Assembly: GCA_000320545.1 (NCBI GenBank)
Contig: ADNK01003121.1
Coordinates: 20,062-84,061, forward strand
Source: Bigelowiella natans CCMP2755
Taxonomy: Eukaryota > Protista > Cercozoa
Length of the DNA: 64,000 nt
Direction: 5' to 3'
The translations under genes and the position numbers were made by a program. The notes beneath the pieces are model-generated. The model was not told the origin of the DNA and made no database searches. It saw only the letters and a list, made by a program, of their open reading frames with translations. Positions 28,541-42,811 of the stretch are shown one piece after another (the stretch's first letter is position 1; the number at the start of each line of letters is the position of its first letter).

Positions 28541-29345
28541 CGCCGTCACTTCTCAACAACAACTGGCTGCCATACGCACACACGTCGTTGCAGCACAGAA
28601 AACATACACCCGTAACAACAAACATGTGCTATTCCACTATTGTTATTTTTCCATGTGCTATTATTCCATTATTGCTGTTTTTCATCAGGTGCTTCCGCAA
28701 ATTCGCCCTTCTCAAGCCGAACCAAAGCCGCCCTGCCAACTCGGAGCGATATGCTCTTTTTACAGGTCTAAAGGAAGAAAGACCAAGCGCTGTCATTGAT
28801 TACCTCCTCGCCGTCAACGACACGATGAGCGACTTCAGAAGGAAAAACGAGAAGAAAAGAGTCACAAGACTGGTATATCACTATTATTCGCTGTGTGATG
28901 TAAGATGTGGCCATGAGCGAAATACTATTCTTTTTGTTTTTCATTCAACCGCTGTTCTGTGCTACTGTCTCAGCCAATGGGTGCATCATATATAGCAGCA
29001 GTAGTAGCAGTGGTAGTAGTAGTAGTGGTAGGGGTAGACCATGGTGATGATTCGAGAATATAACCTCTCATTAGCAAGAGCAATGAAACTCAGACAATAA
29101 CTTGCTCTCCCTCCTCATAGCACAACAACCAGTTATGATGATGATGATGATGATGATGATATTAAGTCGATAAATAAATAAACACTGCAGGTGCCTAAAT
29201 CGGAGATGGATAAAGACTTTTTAGAGTACGTGAGAGCCTGGAATAACAGCAATGCGAAGCGGCAGATCATGTCCTTAAACAAGCTCATGAGGTCTGTCTT
29301 GGCTACTAGCTATCGAAACTAATACTACTGTTACTGCTAGTGCTG

Positions 29346-29379
<34 letters not shown>

Positions 29380-29549
29380 ACCTACTTCTACTAAAGGGTC
29401 ACGGAAAAGGGGTATTATCTTGAAGTCGAGCTACTCAACAACTAAGTTCTTTCTTCCTCTTTTTCTTCTCTTTCTTCTTCTTCTTCTTCTTCTTATTGTG
29501 ATGCTTAGATTCATCCTAGACCGCACTTTGCCATCCGATAATCAGGTGC

Positions 29550-29583
<34 letters not shown>

Positions 29584-29875
29584 AAGTAGAGGAAGATGAT
29601 CTACGGCGACGAGAAGAAAAAGAAGATAATGATCACTATGCTGCAGCTTAATAGAAAGGTTGATGAGAGAGGGAGAGACCTCACATCTAACCCTCACTTC
29701 CTCTCTAATATGATATACATATATTTTCATGTAATACATTTGCATTTTAGGAAAAAATACGGCAAGAATGCGTTACATTTTGGGGTCTTTCCTCCTCCTC
29801 CCCCTCCCCACAAGATCGTCATTTTGAACGGAAACAGCAGCAACAACGCACACCCCCCGTAACGATTACATGACT

Positions 29876-29907
<32 letters not shown>

Positions 29908-30043
29908 AACACGAAGAAGAAGAGGATGATGATGAAAGAAGGATAAGTAGTAGTCGTTGTCGCAGTAGTTGTAAGTGTTGCATAACAATATACTATTATC
30001 ACTATTAATAATGATAATGATGATAATACAACTGCTAATATTT

Positions 30044-30081
<38 letters not shown>

Positions 30082-30444
30082 ACTACTACTACTACAACTC
30101 AAACAACAACAGCTTCGTCAATTTGGACAAGAACGATGGAATGAAGCTATTTTATGCAGCAAACAACAGAGGCTATCATCACAACGCGCCTGTGCGTGAT
30201 CCGTGGAGAAGGGTAATAATAATGCGAAGAAGGACCAGCATATTCTCACCACGGGGTGCCATGTTTATGATTCGTCTTGTGTCTGAATGATGATGACAAT
30301 GATCAATTCTCTCCCTCTACATATGTTTATTTATTTATTTATTTATTTGCATACATAGGATGAGAATGCTCATAAAATCCGTCAAACTATGGAAACAGAA
30401 TGTCTGGACTGGCGACTACAGGTTCTGTTGTTGCTCCCTTACAT

Positions 30445-30478
<34 letters not shown>

Positions 30479-30837
30479 CTTGATCACATCAACCCATTCA
30501 TGATATTCTTTGACCAAACAGGTACCGTTCGGTACTCAAGGAGGCAGCAGAGGCAATAGCTCATCATCATCATCATCATCATCGTTCGCTGAAACGCTTC
30601 GTAAGGCAAAGACGTTCATGCACAATCCCAGGGAATGGTTTTGCTATCGTCTTCCATCCGGAGGACAACGAACGTATCTTTTAGGTAGAACAAGGGCATG
30701 AGCCAGAACAGGCACCAGCAATAGCACCAGCACATCAGCAGCAGCCTTAATACCATTCAGTCATTCATATTTTTCGCACATATGTGGCGCTATTTTCAGC
30801 CTAATACTAATAATATGTGCCCCCTCGCCTTCCCGCG

Positions 30838-30888
<51 letters not shown>

Positions 30889-32784
30889 TTCTCTCCTGCT
30901 GCTTCATCACTGATTTCAACGTGGCCGTTGTCAATTAGCTACTCCAAGTGGAATAGTGATGGAAAATCTCGACGCAAATAGAGGAGGAGGAGGAGGAAGA
31001 AGACAACGGTTGTAGTAGTAGTAGCAGCAGCAGCAGGAGGAGGAGGAGGAGGAGGAGGTGAAGGAGGAGGAGGATAGAGAAGCAAACAAGCCTATTTATT
31101 AGATGAGTAGTTGTCGCTTTGAAAGGAAATGTTTCTCCTTCCACGACTAATGATATATGATTGTTTGCATTTCCTCCTCACCCCCCTCCTCCCCCTCCTC
31201 CACCTTCATCTCTTTCTTTTGCTGATGCTGTTTGTTGCCCCCCTCCTTCCTATCTCCCCTCAATGCTCCGACAACTGCTATCACAATATAAAACCTGCTT
31301 TTACTTCTACTTACTACTACTACCACTACTACTACTGCTGCTGCTGCTGCTGCAACTACTAATGGCACAACCAGAAGGTTTCAACGGCTTGCTGTCCGGG
31401 TAGTAATCATTGTTCGCTTGCTAATCTGCTGCTGCTGACACGAGGATAGGATAAATAGTAGTAATAGTCGTAGTAGTAGTAGAATATGGCAGTCGCTCAC
31501 CCACTCCATTTGCGTTGTTACAACGAATTGGGGATTATTTATTTGTCTGATGTGAGTTCCCAATGCTGCTTGTTATCATTTTTAATCACAACGTTGTAAG
31601 TTGGGGAGGCATCAAGGCATACCCCCGGATACAGTGCTAGAAGTTGTCGTATGTGGGCAGTATATCTATGCCATCGACGCCTTGTGTTTAGGCGGTGATT
31701 TTAATGTAATAACGTAATAATGTAGTAGTAACAATAACAATCTGCAAGTATTTACCATTCACTAGAAGAAAACACACGCGTGGATGAAGGAGGGGAATAA
31801 GAGCAGTATTGAAGCCATCCACCATCGACACACACACACACACACACACACATACACACACACATAGGTATACACTAACACGCATTACTGGTATGAATCT
31901 ACACTATTATAAATATTTGCTCACCTACAACAATGTATTAGCGTACGTCATGAATGTTTGTGTGTGTGTGTGTGTGTGTGTTTGTGCGTGTGTGTGTCTG
32001 TGTGGGAATATGTGGGGTTATGCTTTTTACATCATAAGATTTGGAGAAGAACCTTCAAGGAAAGGAAAGAGCTCCTGCGTTTATTTATCGATAGGTATTG
32101 ATTATCATCATAACCATCACCATCAGATATCATCACCCTAATCCTGCTTTTCCGTCCTTCTCAATGGTATTTTGCATTCTCGATATGTTTACCTCGCGTC
32201 CATTTCCACACACTTCTCATACGCATGTGTTGTGTTGCTCAGCATTAGAGGTGGGGGTGAGCTGATTGCCCTAAAGTTCTCTCCGCCAGAGCACCTCTTC
32301 CAATTCATTGACGACCAGCAGTTTTTCGCCGCCGACGATGGCCCGGAATCAAGAGCTTTGAGCATTTATTTTATTCGTGACAAGCCCAAGCCTAACAAGA
32401 GCGTGGAGTTTCACATGGCAACAAATGGGTATGCGAATTCTCCCTCCCCCACAGATCGATCGATCGATGAAGAAGAGTATGCAGCAGCAACCGGTTTTGT
32501 ATGGATTGAACACTTATTGTGTACTGCTAATGCTACTGCTACTACTACTACTACTACTACCACTGATGCGTTGTAGTATGATATATCAAAAATCATCGTA
32601 TGCGGGGATCATAACATTTGTCTTTGTGTTTCTAGTAATGTGGCTAAATATGCATTAAAGTTCGTGTGTAGATCATACTGTTTTTGCTGCTGGATTAATA
32701 AATAGAATCTGTCCACTGAAGACGCCACTGCGGGAACTCAGGGATATGCTGTACAAGCTTCATCAAAATTCCAAGCGAAGATGA
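23003..32784 (+). CDS. CMTR1: Cap-specific mRNA (nucleoside-2'-O)-methyltransferase 1 (G-patch, RrmJ/FtsJ MTase, C-terminal domain)
   Basis: G-patch AERMMAKMGYKSGMGLGRAGQGRLNPV..QGLGF; FQNRAALKMAEMD; YFADICAGPGGFSEF; VHMVLADGGFSV; GGTFVCKLFDTF; KPNQSRPANSERY, which supply the K-D-K-E tetrad. Stop at 32782-32784; start approximate. Confidence 0.93.
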
Positions 32785-33416
32785 AGAGCTATTGCTGTTT
32801 TGAACGGAGATAATACTGTTGGTATTTCATGTTCATTACACCCAAAAGAACCTGGATATTTGGCGACGACTACAGGTAGCAGGGGCTTTCGAAAAACAGT
32901 TTCAATGAAATTCTGAAGCAGAATACTGTTTCATATGTATTTTTCGATTTAACGCGGGAAGTTTGTGCGTCAACTGCTACATACGCACATGGTATGCGTC
33001 ATGCTAGAAACTAATCCAAATGTTGAGACGAGTTGCACTGGGCCGTACGTGCTAGCGTGTGTCGCGCCATGTACAAATAATATCGCTTTGAAAAATAAAA
33101 TATGCATGCCGTGTTAGCATGATTCGAATCCGTGCAGCCTTTACTAGTTTAACTTGCTTTATAAAATGTTAGCATTGGCATCACTTGTCGCAAGTTTATC
33201 GAATGCATGCATGCGCTGTTGTCCACAATTAAGTGTGTATGTACGCACACACATGTCTTTCGCAAGATATGACAAGCAACCGGAAAATTTTATTGATTCA
33301 TTACATCCGTCTTATATGCGCTCACGTGCTAGCTTCTAGCAGCGCAGAGGTCGTTCGTTCAAGAAGCGAAGCTTTAGCACCTTTGTGTGTATTATCATCA
33401 TCATCATCATCATCAT

Positions 33417-33904
33417 CACGATTGTTTGCGGATGTCGTCGGATATCCCTGACAAGTCAATTGGAGGCCGTAGAACAAGTGATTCTGGTGGCCGCACTTGC
33501 AGTGTAAGCTCCGAAATATCCTTTTTCAGCTTTGAGAAATGCTCGAGATCAAAGCCCTCTTCCTCACAAATATGCTTGATTCGGCGCTAAGATACAGTAG
33601 CATTATGTTACGGGAATGAATAGCATTACGCTGCCATTCTCTTAACTTGCAGCATCAGCGCGATTAACACTGTTGTCGTCGATCTTATAAAAATCATCAA
33701 ATGCACACATCTAATACTACACTGCTTGGCCTATTATTATTGTACCTCCGTTACTCTTGATATGTACCCAGGAACCTCGAATTCAATTCCAAAAAATGCG
33801 ATGTAAACGATTGCGAGGTTACCGAAGAAGATCCCGTATAGATACGTGACAGGCTCCATAATGTCCCTGATTGATAATGATAACATTAGCCATCGAATAT
33901 AGAG

Positions 33905-33938
<34 letters not shown>

Positions 33939-35577
33939 CTATATGTGCGGCCTCTGTGAGAGGCGCTGCCACCATTAGCACTATCGACTACTGGTACCTT
34001 CCTACTCTAATCATCGAAAATATGTCGTTATTATTATTATTACTACTATTACCATCCCAAAGCAAAGTCACCGTCGCTGTAAACCAGATACGCGAAGAAC
34101 GAGTACTTCGCAGACAACACGCTGATAATGCCCATCACGTGCATTTGCGCGTACCTTAAACAACACCCATAACCAAGATGAATCAATAAGCAAATCTAGA
34201 AACAGTGAATCGATATCCGAACAATCCATTGTAGCATTCGTCATTAGTATTGAGATGGGAAGAAATGAAAGAACCTTTTCGCTCTTCGGGCAATGCTCGA
34301 GTACTCACGCTCCATCTCTGCATATTCACCTGTCGGGTGAAATATTAAGTGTGATATTTCATCTACCCGCTGCAAGTAGTCGTAGAAGCCCTTTCTTTCT
34401 CCTCCTGGTGCTGTTACTCTTCTCGTTCACTATACACCTACTACACTATCCTCTCCTTTCTTCCCCCACCCCCCATCGCCTTTATTATATAGAAGTACCT
34501 TCCCGTTGATGCAGAACTTTCCTTTCATTTTCGAGAAGTTTTAAATCTGGATCTACTTCCCTCAGAAGCTCGTCAATGACATTCATTGGGCGGAGATATA
34601 GCATCTACGACCATAGTATAATACCATGCAATAGAATACATAGTGAATCATGACGAGTCAAGCAGGGCGACAAATTTAATTACTTGATATTATTTATTTA
34701 CCTTGTCCTCGCCACCGTTCATTGTGCTAGAACGAATCTGCAGCATGATGCATTAGAGAAAGAGACGAGATTATAAAATAAAGTTGCAGTTGCTGGTTGT
34801 ATCAATGGCAATAGAGAATTTAAAATGGGGTGGTTTTTCATTAGTATTACAAGAATGAGGGAGCTCTCGAGCATTCCTGCTACCCTGTGGCCCTCCTAAA
34901 ATATATCCAAATATCATCTTGAGAAAAAAAAACAGGCAAAATACATAATAAACACCTTCTAGCTCATGTTTCACTATGTAACAAACAACATCAAAGCAAA
35001 GACCGATTCGTCGAGGCCATATTCCCGGCAGATATCCAGGAAGTCTTGAAAGGATATCCTTGGAGATACATTCTCATTATATTCTTCTAGTGCCTAATGA
35101 TCAATCATTAGATCGTAACTCGTCACCCATTCACTCGTGCATGCATGCATGCAGCGTGTGCTTATCAACGTGTTCTTAATCAACGTGAGCAGAGATCGAC
35201 ACCTTGCGTATGAAAATGACCCGACGCTTGACGAGTAGATCCTTTATTCCTCGAATTCCTTGACATTTGTCAACGTCGAGCGAACCAGTAGACAAATCTG
35301 ATGAATATGAAAAGTAGTAGATGATCGATCATCGTATGCCGGTTCTGGTCATGTCCTAGTTTTCCAACATGCAAGAAATAGCTTCACCTGGCGTTGTGGA
35401 GAACTTTAGTCTTGCTCCCCCGAATATCATCCCTGCAAAGTTTTTCCTACCTTGGTGGTGGTGGTGGGAAACAATGCGAGCTGAAGACGCTGGAGGAGAG
35501 AAGCTGGAAAACAGCGATGTTTGGCGACGACCAAAATATCGCTGAGAAGCCGTTCGTACCAAGCGCCATACCATCAT
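33417..35577 (-). CDS. MCU: Mitochondrial calcium uniporter pore subunit
   Basis: Arg/Ser-rich presequence-like N-terminus MMVWRLVRTASQRYFGRR; YLRP motif; coiled coil; two TM helices flanking WDIMEPVTY, which is split by the intron near 34050-33867. Confidence 0.9.
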
Positions 35578-35912
35578 GCACGCTCCCTGTCCGCTGCCTC
35601 GACAAAAGTTTCAGCAGTTCTATATCGTACTACTCCAAATTTGATACAGAATCGTACTGTGGGGAGGAAGCACTCAATCTGATCGCTGAGTGAATCAAGG
35701 CAGGTGGCGTGGAAATGCGATTCAAACAACAATTATACTCCTAGCAAACAACAGTTTTTATTTTCTTGTCGCATTTCATATCTCTCCTTTGCTTTCGACT
35801 TCATTGTCCACAATTGCACAATCTCCAAGAATCTCTCGAGGTACGGCAGCATCTCCCAGGATCTCAGATTCGACCGTTGATAACACAGCGTACTACCCTG
35901 CAAATCAACGTG

Positions 35913-36724
35913 ATGGGAGAGGCACTGTCGAAAGAAGAGCCCCTCAATGCTAAGCAGGTGAAAATCTTGTTCCCTAGATCTCTGGCCATGTCCTATTCAT
36001 CTTTGTCCAAGCTAATATGTATGTTGCCAATAGGCTGCGGTTATTGCAAGGCGAGTTGGCGAGTTCTTTACAATCTGTGCCGATAAGCTAGGTTCTGCTT
36101 GAGTTTTTACAAGGAAATATCAGCTGCTGACGTGTTTTTTTAATTATCTTAGAAGATAAACCGAAAAAAAAGGGTTCCTCTTCATCTGGAAAGCGCACGC
36201 CAAATCCATATCAAGTTTTTCTAAAAGAGTCGTTTGCTAAAAGTTCTGGGAAGGGGGAAGCTTTCTCGGTCAGAAAATAATTGGTTAAAAGAATGCATGA
36301 ACTATATCTTGAAGCTTCCTACAAATTAGGATCGTTCCAAAGCTATTAGCAAAAAATGGAAAGGCATGACAGAGGAAGACAGAGCTCCTTACGTGAAGAG
36401 AGCACAAGAACTTAAAGAGGAAAAGAAGGAACAGAATAAAAAAGAAAGTGCGGAAAGTGAAAAAGAGGTTAGTATCTTTACACTATACGTTGCCTCTCAG
36501 ACTGTAATATCCTAATTTTCCAAAGAAAACCTCGCCACCTATCAAGACCCCTGATAGCAAAAAGAAAAAGAAACGCAAAAGGGATGAAAAGGGAAAATCA
36601 AGTAATGAAAATATAGAATTTACCATATTTTCTCATTGTTTATACTAACTTGGACACTATTTCTCCAGCGAAAAAGAAGAAGAAAAAGAAAAAAAAGGAA
36701 AAAAATTTGTCTGAGGACGTCTAG
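35913..36724 (+). CDS. HMG-box protein with Lys-rich C-terminal tail
   Basis: KRTPNPYQVFLKE..SKAISKKWKGMTEEDRAPYVKRAQELKE across short GT-AG introns; ends KKEKNLSEDV*. Confidence 0.85.
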
Positions 36725-37339
36725 AATAATTAATTTGTCTGAAGACGTTTAGAAGTATGCTGGGTATGAGGAAACGTAGCCTATTGCATCCAGGTCAAGC
36801 GAGCAATAGTTGCCCGCTCCACCACCGACAATTGCCAAGGATAATTTATGATGATAAAGGGATTGAGTCATTGATTTAACCACATGTTGTACACTAAGTT
36901 GAAACAGAATTTTTAAAATCATACAACGCCGTATGTCTGACGTAATGCATAATCTCACGTTTACGAGGAAATACATCTGTCTCGAAGACGGATGTGAGGA
37001 ATGTACTAAATATTTTCAATGGTTATTCTAATGTAGCTGTGCAAAGCTGCGGTATATAGTATAGCTAACCAGACTAGCAGATATAGAGGACCTTATATTG
37101 AATATATACGCTACCATATGACCACAATGATGTTGCATCGCTATAGCTAGCCAGATTGCAATGAACGCCCATATCCATTAAGCATTCCGTACGCAATGGG
37201 ATTGATTATATTGGTAGTAACTATGCTAGTTGGTTGCATTTAGCTCTAGAGCTAGCTAGCTAACAAGTCTAGTTGTGATGATGATCGCGCGACGGTATCT
37301 AGACATATATGTACCTATGCAGGAGGAAGGATGCACACA

Positions 37340-38420
37340 AAAAACAAGCCTTGTGGAATATAACACTCAACCTACAAGGAAAAATAAAAAGAAAAGAATG
37401 TGGCAAATGTTTGGGCTTATGGTTTGACGAAAGATTAACTTTCGAAAAGCAATTGCATGGAAAAGGAGGAGATTCTTACTCAGGCTAGCAGGCTGTGCTC
37501 CACACGATCTCACATGCCGTTCAATGTGAGATTGAAGTTTTACAACACGTGGTTCACAGCCACAAGCAGACATGTCGCACCCACATGGAGGTCCAAAAAA
37601 AACCTCAAAATAAAGCAGCTAGATTCCATGGAATCACAAACACTCAAAAGAGTGCTGGGATTACCAGGATCTATTGTGCTATTTCCAACGACACACCCCA
37701 TGTACTAGCGGCAACGTTGCCACCGCGTCATCGAACACAAGTTCAATGTGCTAAGACATGGTTGCGAACCAATGCATGGGTGGAGGATGTTGATGGCAAC
37801 GGACACGTGGTGGAAGAAGAAGTGCTCAATTGGAGCTCTTTCGGATGCCACGTTGAATCCTTGCTGGAACACAAATGGCACAACACAACTAGGTCGTGGA
37901 ACAGAGTGTCCTTGTACCGACGACTCAGTTTGATCACGACCAAATTGCTTGGAGCGGAACACCCCACAACACGTGCTGATGACAAGACACTGAAAAGGAA
38001 ATTGAATGCACACAACAAACCGATCATGCGGAACGCGGCATCCAACTTCAAAATGAACTGGAGCAAAGAGGGAACCAAGGCCATGCATTTGAAAAAACTT
38101 GACTTCATGCCTGGCCCTCGGACAACAGGAATCACATTGAAGCTACCAAGCATTGCCACATCATGGATGCGCGCCATTTGTGGTGTTGGCAACATTGGAA
38201 CATTTCTGCTGTCCAGAGGACAACGCACAAAATTGGAAGCAACATGCGACACATGTAACACACTGCAAGACATGGACCACATTCTGCAATGCAGGAAATG
38301 CGGACCACAGAGACTCAGATTCAACAAACAACTGACGGCGATCATGGATCGCAATGATGAGACATGAACCACGCGCCTCACAACCGCAGAAAAAACAAGT
38401 CGAGAAGCTGCGCGCAAAGC
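37340..38420 (+). mobile_element. 5'-truncated, frameshifted non-LTR retrotransposon (LINE) remnant: RT thumb region and C-terminal CCHC zinc knuckle
   Basis: GKCLGLWFDERLTFEKQL (KYLG-type motif, 37402 onward); KFYNTW..RHVAPTW..LDSMESQTLKRVLGLP; CDTCNTLQDMDHILQC. Motifs fall in different frames. Strongly TpA-depleted. Confidence 0.8.
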
Positions 38421-38961
38421 GCGACATGCTAGACCAAAACATGATGCATTCACATGCATGCGCCATGCTAGCATGTGACCAAGGAAACAAACGGATGCAA
38501 TTTAAGCGCTGTAGCCGCTGCATTGCACAGCTACATTAGGATGACCATTGAAAAAATTTAAACATTTCATTACATCCGTCTCACCTATATAGGTCATTCT
38601 AGCATTGCATTTGTGTGTATACTACTGCTCTACTGCTAGACATTATCATTTACTAGATCTAGAAATGTGCGCGAATGCAGCAGCACGCACTTCGTATCGC
38701 TAGATCGACCATCACAGATAAATAGAATGCGCCACGCTATATATATGTGCATGACCGGAATATTAATGCACATGCTAGTTGCTAGGTTTAGAAATAATGT
38801 GTCTATGATGGTTATATCAAATAGCTTGCTATGCTTCCATGGTGCAAGGCTGTAGTACGCAGCCTGCTGCTATGCATAGTGTACCATCCACCCCTAAGTC
38901 CTGATAATTTGCGAAGAAAACCCTGCATAGTACCTCTAGATGTAATGCCGCCATTCAATAA

Positions 38962-40930
38962 TCAATCTTGGTCTTCTTCTTCGTCAACTATTACCCGTCT
39001 TCGCTTCCTTGCATGTGGCTTTTGTTTCTCACTCCCCTCAACAGAAGGAGGAGCCTCATCTTTACTACCCTCAGCTTCATTGATATTACCATCACCTACA
39101 GTTTCTTCGGCCGCTCTTTTCACACCTTGCTTCTGCCCTCCATCTTCTATCTCATCATCATCATCATCCTCATCATCAACATCCAGGCTCAGCGGTGCGT
39201 CGTCATCTTGCTCATCGTCATCAGCATCATCATTCCCCTTGCCTCCCTTTTTATCATCATCGGCACTGTTGTCGCTTGTCCCAACGATGTTGGTGGTAGC
39301 AGTGGTGGTGGCAGCAGTATTCGTGTTTAACGAATCCTCCATATGGTCGTCGTCATCATCATAGTCTTTTGGCCCTCTTTGTGTTGCCGCAATTTCTCCC
39401 CCTAACTCCTCCTCCTCCTCCTCCTCCTCCTCCTCCTCTTCGCCAAAGATCTGTGTCTCTCCAACAACTTCTTTCCCCTCATCATCATCATCATCAGCAG
39501 CATATTCTTCTTTGTCCATTTCCATCATTCCTTCTTCTTTCTCTTCGTTTCTATCATGATCAGCTTGTAAAGAAGAGCCACCTTGACCGTCTCCTTCATT
39601 GGTTGCGCTGAAGCTTTCATTTTTCTTCATCGGGACCTCTGTGCTACCATCCACTGAAGCATTAGCAGCAGCAGAAGTGCTATTGGGATTAGCGGTTTCT
39701 CCCCCCTCACCTTCTCCCCCTTCTTTTTCTTCTGCTGTGGCTGAGGCACCCGCAACTGCTGCTAGCTTCTCCTCCTCAAAACGCTTCATTTCGAGTTCGT
39801 ATTGCTCCTCACGCCGCTTGCGCTCTGCCTCCCTGTCTTCTTTCTCCTTTTTGCTGCATCATCATCGTAGTGAATTGAATAAGACGAACCAGGCGTTAGA
39901 AAAAGGATCACAACAGTAGTAATCGATTAGCTCATCATTGTACCACATGCCACAATACACACAGTAACACAACAACAATAACACCTTCTCTCCTCTTCTG
40001 CCCGCTCTAGTTCTTGCGCTTTCCTCATCTGTAAGATTATATGGTGATGCCATTAGTCAGTCACGTCGCTTATCAGCAGCCCTATCATTCTCCACTCAAC
40101 GTGGGTGAGTAGGCTAAGGTAACATCATCATCATCATCATCATCTTCATCATCATGTATAAAGAGAAGAAAAGTACAGCAAATAAAACAAATATGTATAA
40201 TGTTTGTGTGTGTGTGTGTGTATGTGTGCGTGTGTGCTTTTGGTATATTGGGAATCAACAATAATATATCTTCATTCTAAGGTTATTTATTAAACTATAA
40301 TTTTCTGCCTCCTTCTCTCCCTCCTCCTACAGTTGGACACTGACCCCCCTCCATTTTCTCTTTCTCTCCCTCTCTCTATCTCTCTTTCTTTGTTTTAGTT
40401 ATTACCGTTTCTTCTCGAATCTTCCTCGCTGCGTTCTCTTCCTCCTCTTTATCAGCCTAAAATGCATAGTAGACAGTAGGGTAGCCAACCAACCAAGTTA
40501 ATAACATACGCTTTTCATCATCTTTTATGTACGATTGTGGTCGTTCGTTGATTATTCCGTTGATTGTATGTGAAACACCATCCTCCTCATCATCAGTATC
40601 AAATTCATAGAAACAGCTAGCTGCGCTGCTACCACAGAGAGCATAGTTAGTTGTTCATTCGTTGTTTTTAAACCTGCCATCTTTTCACTGTTTCAAGCCC
40701 TTTGATGCAGTAGTTGTAATGAGTCAAAGCTCTCTCTGCAAGGGCGCTGGGAGCTTCTTCCTTATCAGCCTCCTCGACGGTAGGAGCAGTAGTGTCCTTC
40801 GCTTCCCCCGAGGTTGCCTTTGCCGTTTCTGCTGCTGCTGCTGCGGCTGTGCATGTTGCGTGCACTTTGTGATATACATCAGCTGCTTGCTTGGTGACCT
40901 TGATCGCCCGTAACAACTACGCACCAGTAT

Positions 40931-40964
<34 letters not shown>

Positions 40965-41653
40965 CACACATTCGTCAGGAGGGGCAGTACTTGAAGGATG
41001 TGGATAATGATGACGATGATGATGATGACTAATATGCAAAGTGCGTATGTGAGTATAATAGTACCTCTTCCAGCGTGCAGTGATTATTGACCCTTCTAAC
41101 TCCATCATGTTCCAATGCAATTCCTAGATTGTACCATAGCTGCGAGTTCCTTGGGGCCAAATGGAGGGCCTTAGTCAGTGCAGTCTTACATTCCTCTGTG
41201 TTCTCTGCAAGATAGTGTGCTTTGGCGATGTACAGATACATCTCCACACGGTTGAGAGAGTCTGGAAAAGAAACCAGAGCATGCTCGTACGATTGAACGG
41301 CGTTGGGATATTGCTTCAAATGGGTGTAGACGTGCCCCAAGTTGACCTAAAGATGGTGGTGGTGGTGATGGTGGTGGTGGTGACGGCAATGAACGATTAT
41401 GATCATAATGATGATTAATATTATTTTGATCATGATAACAATCAAGCTTGTGTTATTACAAATTAGATACTACATCATACCCATGCTGCTGGCATATCCT
41501 TTTCTGCATCTTGGACTTGTTTAAAGACCTTCTTTGCTGCCTCGACTTGCTTAAACAGAACCAGAGCAACTCCCATTCCTACCATAAAAGTATATCATCA
41601 TTATCAATGCCAGGAGGAAGAGGAGGAGGAGGAGCATAGAAGGGGGGGGGGGG

Positions 41654-41700
<47 letters not shown>

Positions 41701-42036
41701 TGGCACGTTAAACGCATCCTCTGCTTGGTCAGGGTATGAATGATTAGCAGCAATGGAATGAGGCACAAAATACGACAAATACCGTTGAATACATTCTACT
41801 TTTCATTGATAAATGCAAGCACACATTACATCCTATTTGTCCACTACCGTTGGCAGCATAGATGTTTTTCGGATCTCTTTCGATTGTGGTTTGGAAGATG
41901 TTGTGTGCCTTTTGGAACTTCTCCTTCTTTTCCTGAGAAGACACGTAGGCACGCATTGTTATGGGGATTAGGGACCCGACCATCAGCCCCCCCCCCACAC
42001 ATGTACTTACACGTGGATTACTACTCGCTACTCCTC

Positions 42037-42085
<49 letters not shown>

Positions 42086-42778
42086 GATGTGGTAGTAGTG
42101 AGACAAGGTGCAAAAAGGAATAGTAGGGAGAAAGAGCGAGGAAAAGAGCGAGGAGACAAGGGCACAGGAAGAAGAAGAAGAAGAAGAAGAAGAAGAAGAA
42201 GACTACTCTTTCCTACTTCTCTCTAAAACTAGTCATCATGAGGTTATGGTAGGTATACGCTTTGAGTTAATCAGCACCACACTACCCCCCACCTTCTCTG
42301 TGCTTCCTTTTAGTGACGATCGGAAGTAAATGTCTGCAAGAGCTAGGTTTGCGTAGCAATCATTCTTCGATTTCTTCGAGGACTTGACGATATCTTGAAA
42401 ACACTTCTCTGCTTTCTCAAGCTCGCCCATTTCGAGGTATAAGTTTCCAAGCAGCGACAGAGCGTCCAAGTAGCTACTGCTTCTGCTGTTTGTGCCGGGT
42501 ATCACCCTTTTTACTTTGTTCTCTATTGTCTCCAAAGCTTTTTTGAAGTGGTGCTCTGCATCCGTATACTCCATGGCCACCTTAGAAACGAAAAGGAAGA
42601 GGGAAGAGAAGAAGAAGTTGGTGCATATGCGGCGGGATTTATTACTCTGCTGGCACTTCGTCAGGGGGAAGGAACTATCTTTTGTTTATTCTATTAGTTG
42701 CATATTAACTCTCCAGCCGTTACGGGTGTTGTTGTCATTATTATCGTTATTCTTCTGCCCATCCATCCATCCATCCAT

Positions 42779-42811
<33 letters not shown>

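Noticed and set aside
36704-36754. Short imperfect duplication of the HMG stop-codon region
   Set aside because: About 23-bp local duplication with no evident function.
37743-38474. 243-aa minus-strand ORF
   Set aside because: Antisense shadow of the LINE remnant in stop-depleted DNA.
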